This document shows positions 1-13,900 of a stretch of DNA of 45,269 bases, in pieces (the first letter of the stretch is position 1; each line of letters begins with the position of its first letter). The notes beneath the pieces are model-generated. The model was not told the DNA's origin and did no database searches. It was given only the letters and a program-made list of their open reading frames with translations. This stretch comes from Guillardia theta CCMP2712. Taxonomy: Eukaryota; Protista; Cryptophyta. Position numbers and translations under genes: made by a program. The DNA lies in the NCBI RefSeq assembly GCF_000315625.1, contig NW_005434475.1, forward strand, positions 1-45,269. The letters run 5' to 3'.

Positions 1-3000
1 CAAGGCTGCCGTGGCCGAGCCTGCTTGCAGGCTGGCAGTGATCAGGAGCGTCCTAGACCCTCCCACGCTCTCCACAGCCATACTCCGTAAGCTCGTGTCC
101 GACAGCCATGCTGTGACCTCGCTAGCCGTGGGCGCCGCTCTTGCTATCGGAGAGTAGCCCGCCAGCCCTGCGCCGGCTCCTACCAATGTGACCGACAGGG
201 ATCCGGTCGACGGCACGTTTGACCGCAGGACAGAGCTCACTCTGGTCCTGTCTGCGCTGTACGCGTCTGTGACGCTGCTGACTCTTTCGTCTACGGTTAC
301 CGATACCCGCTGGCTGCCGCCGGGTCCCGAGGACTCGAGGCAGCTCAATGCCGTATCAGACAGCCAAGTCGAGGCCTCACAGGCGCTCAAGCCCGACCGA
401 CCTTGCAGCGAGTAGGCCGTGAAGCCGTAGCCTGCCCCGCCTACAGAGATACTCGCCGAGCCGCTTGCAGCTGCGTTCGATCGATACATGCCGCTTCCCG
501 ATCCCGCATCATACGATCCGGCGCTTGTGCGACTCGAAGCGTNNNNNNNNNNNNNNNNNNNNNNNNNNNNNNNNNNNNNNNNNNNNNNNNNNNNNNNNNN
601 NNNNNNNNNNNNNNNNNNNNNNNNNNNNNNNNNNNNNNNNNNNNNNNNNNNNNNNNNNNNNNNNNNNNNNNNNNNNNNNNNNNNNNNNNNNNNNNNNNNN
701 NNNNNNNNNNNNNNNNNNNNNNNNNNNNNNNNNNNNNNNNNNNNNNNNNNNNNNNNNNNNNNNNNNNNNNNNNNNNNNNNNNNNNNNNNNNNNNNNNNNN
801 NNNNNNNNNNNNNNNNNNNNNNNNNNNNNNNNNNNNNNNNNNNNNNNNNNNNNNNNNNNNNNNNNNNNNNNNNNNNCTCCGACTCCCAAACAAGAAAAAA
901 AAAGCAAAAAAAGAGAAAAGAGAAAAAAAGGGTTGTAGTCCCCGAGCCCCATCGCGGCTCCGATCACCGTCAAGCTCACTGATCGGACGATGCGTTTAGG
1001 TCTCTCCTGCTGCGACATCGCCGGCCCCTCCGCTGTGAAGGCCTCGGTCGTACTACCTACCTCCTGGCCTATCGTGATGTGTACTCGGGCGCTGCCTGCT
1101 GTCCTCGCGTGTAGTGCGACAGGTCAATGTCGAGTCCGACACCCACGCACTAGACTCCTGCGCAGTCCCCGCTATCCGCCCCTGTCCGGAGTAGTCCACA
1201 CTGCCGTACAAGGCTCCCTGCAACGTCACTTGCGCTGTCCCTGTCCCCGCCGCGTTCGCCCTGGTGAGCTCGCTCAAGCTCGGGACGTCTGCTGACAGCG
1301 CCTGCGTCAAGCTACCTGCCTGGAGCTCCACCGTTCCCGAAAATCGCAATGTCACGCCCGCGGCTCCCGCCGTCCGACAGCGTAGCGCAGTCTCCGATGT
1401 CCAGGCGGTCGCCTCGCACCCTGTGAGTCCGAGCCTCACCTGCACGGTGTATGATGACGTGGCAAGATGAGCCCCCTGTATGCTCAAGCTTGACGATCCC
1501 GTGCCGGCCTGGTTACGGACAAGCAGGGAGCTTGCTAGTACCTTGTCCCATGAGTACACCTCCGACCTGGTCCCCGCTGCCTCCTCTACCGTAACCGTCA
1601 CCCGCCTAGACCCTTCTGCCCCTGCACTGACTCGGCAGTGTAGGCTGCTGTCTGATACCCACGTCGAGGCCTCGCATGCTGTGAGCCCCGTCCTGCCGGC
1701 AGCCGTCCGACCTGACGTGCCTAGGTTATCGCCCTGTAGGCTGACGACGTATGCCGCTCCCGTGCTTGGAGCGTTGTCTAATCGCAGCGTGCTGGAGGTC
1801 GGCAGGTCCGTGCTGTACGCCTCCGTCCGCGACCCGACCGATGCGTCTACACTGAGCACCATGTGCGCAGTCCTTGTAGATTGACTCCCGACAAGACAGC
1901 GCACCGACGTCTGTGACTCCCAATCCGTAGCCTCACTGGACGACACCCCGCTCCGAGCGTGGGCCGAGTACACGGCATGACCGAAAAAGGTCCCCTGAAT
2001 CGTCGCGCTGATCGAGCCCGAGCTTGCGGCGTTCCTCCGCAAGGCGCCGCTTATCAAGTCAGAGTCCAAACTCAATATACCGGTCGAGGTCCCGACTTGA
2101 TACCCCGCTGTCAGCGAGGCTCGGGTCGAGCCGGCTACTCCTGCGCTGGCTCGGCAAGGCATCGATGTGCTCGACTGCCACTGCGTGCTCTCACACGAGG
2201 TGTAGCCCACGCGCGCTTGTCCCGTGCCGTCGTATGCGCCAAGCTGGCTCCCGTACACGGTCATGACAAGAGAGGCTGTGCCTGCAAGGTTTGCTGGGCT
2301 CATGACACTCACAGCTGCTGCGTCTACTGTCAGAGCTTCCGTCCGACTCCCCGCTACGACCCCAAGCGTTGCCAGGACGATATTCGATGCTCCAAGTCCG
2401 CTAGACGCCATGCACTGTACAGCCGACTCTGACGTCCACGCTGTAGCCTCGGAGGCCGTGTGTGCGATCGCTGCTCTGCCGGTGTGGCCGACGGATGCAA
2501 GGCCGCTTCCGTACATGGAGATGCTGACTGAGCCCGTGGCTGGCTTGTTGGTCACCAGCCCCTCGCTCAGCGACGGCTTGTCGGCCGTGAAAGCAGCCGT
2601 GGATGTACCGGCCTGCTCGCTACCGGTGACAACGACGGAGCGAGATGCTTGCCAGCTGCGACTCACACGACACAACAGCTGCGTGTATGATACCCACGCT
2701 GATGCCTCGCACCCTGTGTATCCAACCGTCGCTCGGATGCTGCTCTGGGCTAGCCCATACCCGCCCCGNNNNNNNNNNNNNNNNNNNNNNNNNNNNNNNN
2801 NNNNNNNNNNNNNNNNNNNNNNNNNNNNNNNNNNNNNNNNNNNNNNNNNNNNNNNNNNNNNNNNNNNNNNNNNNNNNNNNNNNNNNNNNNNNNNNNNNNN
2901 NNNNNNNNNNNNNNNNNNNNNNNNNNNNNNNNNNNNNNNNNNNNNNNNNNNNNNNNNNNNNNNNNNNNNNNNNNNNNNNNNNNNNNNNNNNNNNNNNNNN

Positions 3001-6000
3001 NNNNNNNNNNNNNNNNNNNNNNNNNNNNNNNNNNNNNNNNNNNNNNNNNNNNNNNNNNNNGTCGGTTTATGTTAAGGATGCTCACGCTCGCCTGATCATA
3101 CGAGAGTGCCTCCGTCACCGTACCCGGCCTCTCCCCGACGGACACTACCCCTCGTGAGGACCCGCCTCTCCGGCCCCGCTCCGCTCGACATCGCACAGCT
3201 GTGTCCGACTCCCACTCGCTGCTCTCGCTCCCTGATCCTCCCGTCCGACCCCAGCCCGTGTATCCGGCGACACCCAGGCCCGACCCATGCACTGTCAAGC
3301 TAGCTGAGCCTGTCGGCACCATGTTGGTACGGATCCCCTCGCTCAACACGACTCTATCTACGCTCAAGGCTGCCGTGGCCGAGCCTGCTTGCAGGCTGGC
3401 AGTGATCAGGAGCGTCCTAGACCCTCCCACGCTCTCCACAGCCATACTCCGTAAGCTCGTGTCCGACAGCCATGCTGTGACCTCGCTAGCCGTGGGCGCC
3501 GCTCTTGCTATCGGAGAGTAGCCCGCCAGCCCTGCGCCGGCTCCTACCAATGTGACCGACAGGGATCCGGTCGACGGCACGTTTGACCGCAGGACAGAGC
3601 TCACTCTGGTCCTGTCTGCGCTGTACGCGTCTGTGACGCTGCTGACTCTTTCGTCTACGGTTACCGATACCCGCTGGCTGCCGCCGGGTCCCGAGGACTC
3701 GAGGCAGCTCAATGCCGTATCAGACAGCCAAGTCGAGGCCTCACAGGCGCTCAAGCCCGACCGACCTTGCAGCGAGTAGGCCGTGAAGCCGTAGCCTGCC
3801 CCGCCTACAGAGATACTCGCCGAGCCGCTTGCAGCTGCGTTCGATCGATACATGCCGCTTCCCGATCCCGCATCATACGATCCGGCGCTTGTGCGACTCG
3901 AAGCGTCAGCTTCCATAGACACAATCACTGTCTTTGTCGCCCCGACCCCGCCCCCGCCCCGACACCGCACCGCCGTCTCCGACTCCCACTCCGTCGCCTC
4001 GCACCCGGTCCCTCCCTCCCGCGCCCTCCCCGTGTAGTCCCCGAGCCCCAGCCCCGACCCCGCTACCGTCACGCTCGCCGCCCCGGACCCCGGCCCGTTC
4101 CCGTCCGCCCCGACCCCGGACCCCGCCGGCCCGTCCGTCGAGTACGCCTCCGTCCTTGACCCGGCCTGCTCCCCGACCGTCGCCGCCACCCGCCTCGTCC
4201 GCCCGACCCCGCCCCCGCCCCGACACCGCACCGCCGTCTCCGACTCCCACTCCGTCGCCTCGCACCCGGTCCCTCCCTCCCGCGCCCTCCCCGTGTAGTC
4301 CCCGAGCCCCAGCCCCGACCCCGCTACCGTCACGCTCGCCGCCCCGGACCCCGGCCCGTTCCCGTCCGCCCCGACCCCGGACCCCGCCGGCCCGTCCGTC
4401 GAGTACGCCTCCGTCCTTGACCCGGCCTGCTCCCCGACCGTCGCCGCCACCCGCCCCGTCCGCCCGACCCCGCCCCCGCCCCGACACCGCACCGCCGTCT
4501 CCGACTCCCACTCCGTCGCCTCGCACCCGGTCCCTCCCTCCCGCGCCCTCCCCGTGTAGTCCCCGAGCCCCAGCCCCGACCCCGCTACCGTCACGCTCGC
4601 CGCCCCGGAAGAAGGCTGGTTGGGTCTCTCCTGCTGCGACATCGCCGGCCCCTCCGCTGTGAAGGCCTCGGTCGTACTGCCTANNNNNNNNNNNNNNNNN
4701 NNNNNNNNNNNNNNNNNNNNNNNNNNNNNNNNNNNNNNNNNNNNNNNNNNNNNNNNNNNNNNNNNNNNNNNNNNNNNNNNNNNNNNNNNNNNNNNNNNNN
4801 NNNNNNNNNNNNNNNNNNNNNNNNNNNNNNNNNNNNNNNNNNNNNNNNNNNNNNNNNNNNNNNNNNNNNNNNNNNNNNNNNNNNNNNNNNNNNNNNNNNN
4901 NNNNNNNNNNNNNNNNNNNNNNNNNNNNNNNNNNNNNNNNNNNNNNNNNNNNNNNNNNNNNNNNNNNNNNNNNNNNNNNNNNNNNNNNNNNNNNNNNNNN
5001 NNNNNNNNNNNNNNNNNNNNNNNNNNNNNNNNNNNNNNNNNNNNNNNNNNNNNNNNNNNNNNNNNNNNNNNNNNNNNNNNNNNNNNNNNNNNNNNNNNNN
5101 NNNNNNNNNNNNNNNNNNNNNNNNNNNNNNNNNNNNNNNNNNNNNNNNNNNNNNNNNNNNNNNNNNNNNNNNNNNNNNNNNNNNNNNNNNNNNNNNNNNN
5201 NNNNNNNNNNNNNNNNNNNNNNNNNNNNNNNNNNNNNNNNNNNNNNNNNNNNNNNNNNNNNNNNNNNNNNNNNNNNNNNNNNNNNNNNNNNNNNNNNNNN
5301 NNNNNNNNNNNNNNNCTGCCGGCAGCCGTCCGACCTGACGTGCCTAGGTTATCGCCCTGTAGGCTGACGACGTATGCCGCTCCCGTGCTTGGAGCGTTGT
5401 CTAATCGCAGCGTGCTGGAGGTCGGCAGGTCCGTGCTGTACGCCTCCGTCCGCGACCCGACCGATGCGTCTACACTGAGCACCATGTGCGCAGTCCTTGT
5501 AGATTGACTCCCGACAAGACAGCGCACCGACGTCTGTGACTCCCAATCCGTAGCCTCACTGGACGACACCCCGCTCCGAGCGTGGGCCGAGTACACGGCA
5601 TGACCGAAAAAGGTCCCCTGAATCGTCGCGCTGATCGAGCCCGAGCTTGCGGCGTTCCTCCGCAAGGCGCCGCTTATCAAGTCAGAGTCCAAACTCAATA
5701 TACCGGTCGAGGTCCCGACTTGATACCCCGCTGTCAGCGAGGCTCGGGTCGAGCCGGCTACTCCTGCGCTGGCTCGGCAAGGCATCGATGTGCTCGACTG
5801 CCACTGCGTGCTCTCACACGAGGTGTAGCCCACGCGCGCTTGTCCCGTGCCGTCGTATGCGCCAAGCTGGCTCCCGTACACGGTCATGACAAGAGAGGCT
5901 GTGCCTGCAAGGTTTGCTGGGCTCATGACACTCACAGCTGCTGCGTCTACTGTCAGAGCTTCCGTCCGACTCCCCGCTACGACCCCAAGCGTTGCCAGGA

Positions 6001-7960
6001 CGATATTCGATGCTCTAAGTCCGCTAGACGCCATGCACTGTACAGCCGACTCTGACGTCCACGCTGTAGCCTCGGAGGCCGTGTGTGCGATCGCTGCTCT
6101 GCCGGTGTGGCCGACGGATGCAAGGCCGCTTCCGTACATGGGAGATGCTGACTGAGCCCGTGGCTGGCTTGTTGGTCANNNNNNNNNNNNNNNNNNNNNN
6201 NNNNNNNNNNNNNNNNNNNNNNNNNNNNNNNNNNNNNNNNNNNNNNNNNNNNNNNNNNNNNNNNNNNNNNNNNNNNNNAGCGACGGCTTGTCGGCCGTGA
6301 AAGCAGCCGTGGATGTACCGGCCTGCTCGCTACCGGTGACAACGACGGAGCGAGATGCTTGCCAGCTGCGACTCACACGACACAACAGCTGCGTGTATGA
6401 TACCCACGCTGATGCCTCGCACCCTGTGTATCCAACCGTCGCTCGGATGCTGCTCTGGGCTAGCCCATACCCCGCCCCGATCACGGACAAGCTGATTGAG
6501 CCCNNNNNNNNNNNNNNNNNNNNNNNNNNNNNNNNNNNNNNNNNNNNNNNNNNNNNNNNNNNNNNNNNNNNNNNNNNNNNNNNNNNNNNNNNNNNNNNNN
6601 NNNCTCCCCGGCGTCCCGCTTTCTACTGTCAGCGACAGCCTGTGGGTCCGGCCTAGGCCTCCGGCCGCCAAGCATCGTATGCTGGTGTCCGACTCCCACC
6701 CAGTGCTTTCACAGCCCGACCGACCCAGACGACCCAGTGCTGTCGCATCCATGCTCCCCAGACCGGCTCCCAGCACGGTCACGCTTGAGGCCCCTGACCC
6801 TGGTCGGTTTATGTTAAGGATGCTCACGCTCGCCTGATCATACGAGAGTGCCTCCGTCACCGTACCCGGCCTCTCCCCGACGGACACTACCCCTCGTGAG
6901 GACCCGCCTCTCCGGCCCCGCTCCGCTCGACATCGCACAGCTGTGTCCGACTCCCACTCGCTGCTCTCGCTCCCTGATCCTCCCGTCCGACCCCAGCCCG
7001 TGTATCCGGCGACACCCAGGCCCGACCCATGCACTGTCAAGCTAGCTGAGCCTGTCGGCACCATGTTGGTACGGATCCCCTCGCTCAACACGACTCTATC
7101 TACGCTCAAGGCTGCCGTGGCCGAGCCTGCTTGCAGGCTGGCAGTGATCAGGAGCGTCCTAGACCCTCCCACGCTCTCCACAGCCATACTCCGTAAGCTC
7201 GTGTCCGACAGCCATGCTGTGACCTCGCTAGCCGTGGGCGCCGCTCTTGCTATCGGAGAGTAGCCCGCCAGCCCTGCGCCGGCTCCTACCAATGTGACCG
7301 ACAGGGATCCGGTCGACGGCACGTTTGACCGCAGGACAGAGCTCACTCTGGTCCTGTCTGCGCTGTACGCGTCTGTGACGCTGCTGACTCTTTCGTCTAC
7401 GGTTACCGATACCCGCTGGCTGCCGCCGGGTCCCGAGGACTCGAGGCAGCTCAATGCCGTATCAGACAGCCAAGTCGAGGCCTCACAGGCGCTCAAGCCC
7501 GACCGACCTTGCAGCGAGTAGGCCGTGAAGCCGTAGCCTGCCCCGCCTACAGAGATACTCGCCGAGCCGCTTGCAGCTGCGTTCGATCGATACATGCCGC
7601 TTCCCGATCCCGCATCATACGATCCGGCCCTTGTGCGNNNNNNNNNNNNNNNNNNNNNNNNNNNNNNNNNNNNNNNNNNNNNNNNNNNNNNNNNNNNNNN
7701 NNNNNNNNNNNNNNNNNNNNNNNNNNNNNNNNNNNNNGTCTTTGTCCGCCCGACCCCGCCCCCGCCCCGACACCGCACCGCCGTCTCCGACTCCCACTCC
7801 GTCGCCTCGCACCCGGTCCCTCCCTCCCGCGCCCTCCCCGTGTAGTCCCCGAGCCCCATCGCGGCTCCGATCACCGTCAAGCTCGCCGCCCCGGACCCCG
7901 GCCCGTTCCCGTCCGCCCCGACCCCGGACCCCGCCGGCCCGTCCGTCGAGTACGCCTCCG
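1..7960 (-). repeat. Higher-order (~3.6 kb) near-identical GC-rich super-repeat of TIG units, at least 3 partial copies
   Basis: 1-542 = 3365-3906 = 7107-~7627; 1693-2768 = 5316-~6480; 3061-3890 = 6803-7630. Identical off-frame ORF translations recur (188/3552/7294; 1959/5582). The exact period is blurred by estimated gap sizes. Confidence 0.9.
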
Positions 7961-10900
7961 TTTTTGTTCCTTGTGTCTCAAAGGTGGTTGCTATTATTTT
8001 TGCTGTCTTTTGAATCTGTTTTTGTGTTTGGCAGAGTAGATTTGTCTCAGATTGCCATCGTGTTGACTCGCAATTACTTGGTCCGAGTTTGGCTTTGTTT
8101 GTGAAGTCTGCTTTGGAAATTCCACTTCCCAACACAGTCACACTCGTCGATCCCGTGCTTGGTGTGTTGGCGCGCAGNNNNNNNNNNNNNNNNNNNNNNN
8201 NNNNNNNNNNNNNNNNNNNNNNNNNNNNNNNNNNNNNNNNNNNNNNNNNNNNNNNNNNNNNNNNNNNNNNNNNNNNNNCAGAGGCCAAGCAGACCACGCT
8301 TGTGTCGGACTGCCAGGTACTGGACTCGCACGCAGTTCCGCTAAGCGAGATTGTTGGAGTGAATGTCGAGTCAAGACCGAACCCAAGCCCTTGAACCGTA
8401 AGGCTGACAGTACCAGTTGCATGCTGGTTTGAGAAAATCGAGGTTGAATGTGCGGGCCTCTCGACGGAGAACATCTGTGTTGCCGTTCCAACGTTTACTT
8501 CGAGACTTAAAAGAAACCGATGGGTGGTTGACACGCTTGCTCCTGCAAAGCACCTCACGCTACTGTCAGACATCCAGCTCGTCGACTCGCATCCGGTTTG
8601 ACCTTCGTGGGCACGGATCGTGTAATCATAAAGACCCATCCCATTTCCCAACACAGTCACACTCGTCGATCCCGTGCTTGGTGTGTTGGCGCGCAGCATG
8701 CGCGAAATGCCCGCAGCATCTATGGAAACCATTTGTGTCGAGCTCCCTACTACCTCCATGATCGTACTGGCTATCCGTCTTGTCTTCCCTGCTCCGCCAG
8801 AGGCCAAGCAGACCACGCTTGTGTCGGACTGCCAGGTACTGGACTCGCACGCAGTTCCGCTAAGCGAGATTGTTGGAGTGAATGTCGAGTCAAGACCGAA
8901 CCCAAGCCCTTGAACCGTAAGGCTGACAGTACCAGTTGCATGCTGGTTTGAGAAAATCGAGGTTGAATGTGCGGGCCTCTCGACGGAGAACATCTGTGTT
9001 GCCGTTCCAACGTTTACTTCGAGACTTAAAAGAAACCGATGGGTGGTTGACACGCTTGCTCCTGCAAAGCACCTCACGCTACTGTCAGACATCCAGCTCG
9101 TCGACTCGCATCCGGTTTGACCTTCGTGGGCACGGATCGTGTAATCATAAAGACCCATCCCATTTCCCAACACAGTCACACTCATCGATCCCGTGCTTGG
9201 TGCGTTGGCGCGCAGCATGCGCGAAATGCCCGCAGCATCTATGGAAACCATTTGTGTCGAGCTCCCTACTACCTCCATGATCGTACTGGCTATCCGTCTT
9301 GTCTTCCCTGCTCCGCCAGAGGCCAAGCAGACCACGCTTGTGTCGGACTGCCAGGTACTGGACTCGCACGCAGTTCCGCTAAGCGAGATTGTTGGAGTGA
9401 ATGTCGAGTCAAGACCGAACCCAAGCCCTTGAACCGTAAGGCTGACAGTACCAGTTGCATGCTGATTAGACGTCTGGGAGGCACTCTGTAGTGGAATTTG
9501 GTATGATATAGCAAAGGAAACACTCCCAACGCTCTCAAAAGTTGTGATTGAAACCTGACCACTTTTTGAACTGCCTTGCGAGAAGAAGCAGAGAATTGCA
9601 GTATCAGACCTCCATTCAGTGCTTTCACATGATGTTCCAAGGACTCTCGCTGCATTGCTTGAAGAATACAAATCGAACTGAGCGCCCAAAACAGTAGCAC
9701 TGATAGAACCTGTTGAAATAGAATTTGATCTATGAATTGATGATGCGCTTGAAGTATCGAACGAAAACATTTCAGTTGAGGTTCCAAGACTCAAATGTGC
9801 AGTTACAGCAATTCGTTGTGAGCTCCTTGTAGCGAATTCGAATCGAACAGAAATTGCAGAATCTGAAGTCCATATTGTCGCTTCACTAGGCGTGAAACCG
9901 ATTCGAATCTGAGCGGAAGAACTGTAAACCATGTAAGAAGAACCTTCAATCAGAATGGTAGTAGTATTTGCTTGTGCTGCATTCGTGAGGAATGTAGTAC
10001 TCAACGACGGAACTTGAAAGGAAAAAATGTTTGTTGTCGTGTCCACTTGCTCCGATGCTGTAATTTCAATTCGCTTTGAATGTCCACCACCGCTGGAAAC
10101 CAGGCAAAGCACATTCGTAGATGACATCCACGACGTAGATTCACAAGAAGTTGAACCAACTTTCGAGAATTGGCTGTATGAAACTCTTCCAAATTCGGAT
10201 TCTCCAAAAATGGTGATAGAGGCTGTTCCAGTGGATGCTCTATTCGTTGGATGGACACCACTAAATACTGGCCTGTCAGAAGAGAATGCAAATGTTATTG
10301 TCCCCAAATTGTTTTCAGATGTAACCGCAATTAGCCTAGATCCTCCAACAAAATTTGACGATTTGCATTGCAAGTCGGAGGTTGAAACCCACATAGTTGC
10401 AGGAAAGGAAGTAAAACCAATTCTCCCTGATTGCGACGTAGAAATTGCGTCGAAATTTTGTCCAAGTATTGTGACTGAGTGTATCGTGAAAAAACCAAAA
10501 TTTCCTCTGTGCAACGTAGATATTGCAGGTAAATCAGCTGAAACCATTTCAGTGCTTGTTCCAACTACAAGATTTACAGTAGAGCGAAGTCGGTGAGTAA
10601 ATGCATAGGTATTTGGGGCTAAGGCTCGAACTGAAGTATCTGCACTCCATTGCGTACTTTCGTAAGATGTGTACAAAGATCTTACCCTTACAGTTGCATC
10701 AAACGATCCGAAACTGCTTCCATAAAATGTTAAACTGACACTTCCTGTTCTTGGAGCATTTTGCGCAATATTGACGCTCACACTGGGTTCATCAAATGAG
10801 AGCGAAAAGGAAGTAGTGCCAGATTGAGAAGATGTTACATAGATTTTCTTAGAATGTCCTAACCCATGATTAGAAAATCCTCTCACACTTGTGTCGGAAA

Positions 10901-13900
10901 TCCAAACTGAGCTTTCCGAAGAAGACTGTTCCATCCTCCCACGAATCGTAGCGCCAAATTCACCAAATCCGTTACCATGAAAAGTAAAAAATAAGGATCC
11001 TGTGGTTGGAAAATTTGTCAAAGGCACGCTACTAATTATTGGATGGACGTAGGAAAAAACTTCTGAGGTGGTGCCAACTTGAAGTCCTGCAGTCATTAAA
11101 GATTTCCGCGTCTGCAACAATCCTGTGCTAATAAGTGCAGCGATGGATGTATCTGACAACCATGAAGTTGCAGCAGGAGCTGTAAAACCATACCTTGCAA
11201 AATTGGAGTTGGCATATGTTCCAAAGAACGATCCAAATACTGAAATGCTTGCTGATCCCGAGGCATGAAAATTGTTTGGCAGAATAGAGCTGATGATCGG
11301 CAGGTCGCTTGAAAGAAACACAGAAATTGTTCCCACGTTTATCCCGACGGTGATCTGTACAGCAATAGAGCCACCGATCATTAGATTTCCAAGGCACACG
11401 ACCTCTGATGTTGAATGCCATTTGGTGTATTCACAACTTGTGTAACCAATCCTGGCTATGTCACAATAAGCGACTTGACCAAAGCCAGAACCAATAACAT
11501 TCAATACAACGGACCCTGTGTTTGCTGTATTCGTTGTGAAGTCCCTGCTGCCGTGTAAAGTTGGAGAATCATACGAATAACCTTGAGACACGGTTCCTAC
11601 CTTTTGCCCAACTGTAAGCATTGTCGCGAGGGTCGAGAATACACCAGTAGTACTCAAGCCTCTGACACTTGTTTGGGAAGTCCAAGATGTGCTTTGTTGG
11701 GAAGAAGATCCTATTCGCCCTCTTGAACTCGATGAGAATTGACCAAAATTGCTACCAAAAATGGATATGCTCGTACTTCCTGTTACAGGACGATTTCTTC
11801 CTGAAGATACACTTTCCGATGGAACATCATAAGACAACATTTCTGTGACTGTCCATGCGATTGACAAGTCAATTGTCACACTCAGATACATAGTTCCATC
11901 AATGCCTTCTGAGACTTTGCATCGAAGACTGCTGTCGGAAACCCATTGTGACGATTCGCATGCAGATCCATCGATCCTTTCACTTGGTGTTGGATCAGTA
12001 GTACCAAAGTTCAAACCTGCAACAGTCAAACTCACAGATCCACTGCCTGGAGTGTTGTAATGTCTGTCAAAAATTGGAAGAATAATTATGTAAGCCGAAA
12101 CATACGAAAAGTAAGCAAATTCAGCTCCTTGCCCATCAGTAATCAATTCTACAATTTGATTTGCTCCTCGCCCCTGAGGCGTTCTAACAACAACGGTATC
12201 ATAAGATGTTCGAGATTCTACTAACGCGCTAGTCCCACCAATTCGTGCCTGAACCATGATCTTAGCAGGTCCGAGATTTGAACCATAAAGGGTCACTTTT
12301 ATCCCTCCCGAAATTGGTCCAAAGTCTGGGGATATTGCTGTGATTGTTGGTGTTCCTGCGAATGTAAACCATGTGCTTCCATAAATTTCCTGCTCACTTA
12401 AAGCATCTGATGATCGCCTTGCACTGACAGAAGAGTCTCCATAACCTTGATACGAAGACGGAACTTTACAGAGGAGAATTGACGACGAATCAGGTTCAGA
12501 AGACGACGAAATCACATATTGATTATTGCCTTCAAATGCAGATACAATTGAATCGTACATTCCTTTCACATTCCCTCCAGAAAACGAACAGAACGTTGAG
12601 ACTGAGGAGTCAAATCCAATGCCAACTATGGTGAGCAAATATGCATCACCCAAAAACAAGTTTTTTCTGGGGAACACAGAGAGTAAAGATGATTCATATG
12701 TGAAGGAAGAACCACCCCGCATAAGAGCTTCAACAATGATTGACTTCTCTCCAATTACTAAAACATTCCTGATGCATATTCCAGAGACACATCCATTGCA
12801 GCCAATAGTTGAGCAAGCTGCAACACAAGGGAGAGAATCATATGATCCACCGGAACATAAAAATTCTGGAACGATCAGACCATTTTCGTCATAAAATGTC
12901 TTTCTTTGCAACAAGAATGATGAAGATGACGCCTTAGCTTCCGAAACCAGTTCGGGTATAAAACAAGTGATTTCATTTAAACCCACAGGGACGACTGGCT
13001 TCGAGAATACAACGGAATTTTGAGAATTTGACAAAAGCGATCTCACATTTTGATCTGTTGGAGCAAGTACATCAGAAAGAGAACCAGACACAAATCCACA
13101 TATGTATTGCGAAGCCCCGGAGTAATCAAAGTTGAAACCAAATACTGTTAGTTGCAATCCACCCAGCACAGTGTCGGAATAAACACTAAGAGACGTCCAA
13201 GCATCCTTGATTGTCAAACGAAAGGGGCTACCAGAAATGTGTGGAAAATTAACAAAATCTTCAGCGGGAATGGTAGTTTTGGTAGCCAAGTAGTACTGCC
13301 AATTCAAACTGACTCCTTGAACCCCACCTGTCCCGTTCGGTTGCTTGTACTCCATCACAATGTCGTAGTACCCCCCTGCAGTCCCCAGGTAAATGGTCCC
13401 GCTGTTCTCCGTACCCTCTAAGCTCGTCCACTGATCGATCAGCATCACGTTGTCCACCCAAAGCCTCACTCGCTCTACCCAAGACCTCACCGATGCGTAC
13501 ATCGTGTAGACTGAAGCGAGGGGAGGGCGGACAAAGCCAGACCAACGGATACTGTATGGAGAATCTCCGGGGAGGGAAGGGAAGGGCTTTGTACCAGGAG
13601 CAGCACTAAAATCAATCGAGTATGTTAGGAGGGGGTAGCAAGCTTGCTCAGCAAAGGAATTCAGTACACAGTAGAGCAATTGCAATTGATTCAAGAGTTT
13701 GTTCGTTAGGAAAACATTCAAGTCATACAATCCAGTGATCGTTGTAATGTTGTAAGAGAAAATATATCGCCCATTGTTCAGATCTGAAATTGAATATGCA
13801 AGAACTGTATTTCTAGACTGATGAAATATAGAATATGCCTTGATCAAAAAGGTATCACCTCCTTTTCTAACCTCATTCCCGAATTCATCCTTACAAAGTA

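Larger units (their letters stand above)
1..12350 (-). repeat. Coding tandem array of ~86-87 aa IPT/TIG-like units (roughly 45 units)
   Basis: Recurring N.PSTGS.S.TV.G..FG.......R.G.T.CE.T.W.SD..V.C....G.G....V..T.....GT.T...SYD.P pattern through the translations; unit ~258-261 nt. The unit count is estimated from length. Confidence 0.85.

Noticed and set aside
889-933. A-rich stretch replacing ~44 nt of the C-rich TIG unit
   Set aside because: Next to an N-gap and nearly the same length as the expected sequence; most likely low-quality base calls, not a poly(A) insertion.
1053-6141. Frameshifts near 1090, 2760 and 6141 as evidence of pseudogenisation or programmed frameshifting
   Set aside because: Single-base indels in gap-riddled repeat contigs; sister copies at 2511-2520 and 6465-6480 are intact for two of them, so these are probably assembly errors.
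188-9491. Many overlapping plus-strand and off-frame ORFs (Pro/Arg-rich, or spanning Ns)
   Set aside because: Shadows of the GC-rich minus-strand repeat gene or artefacts of N runs.
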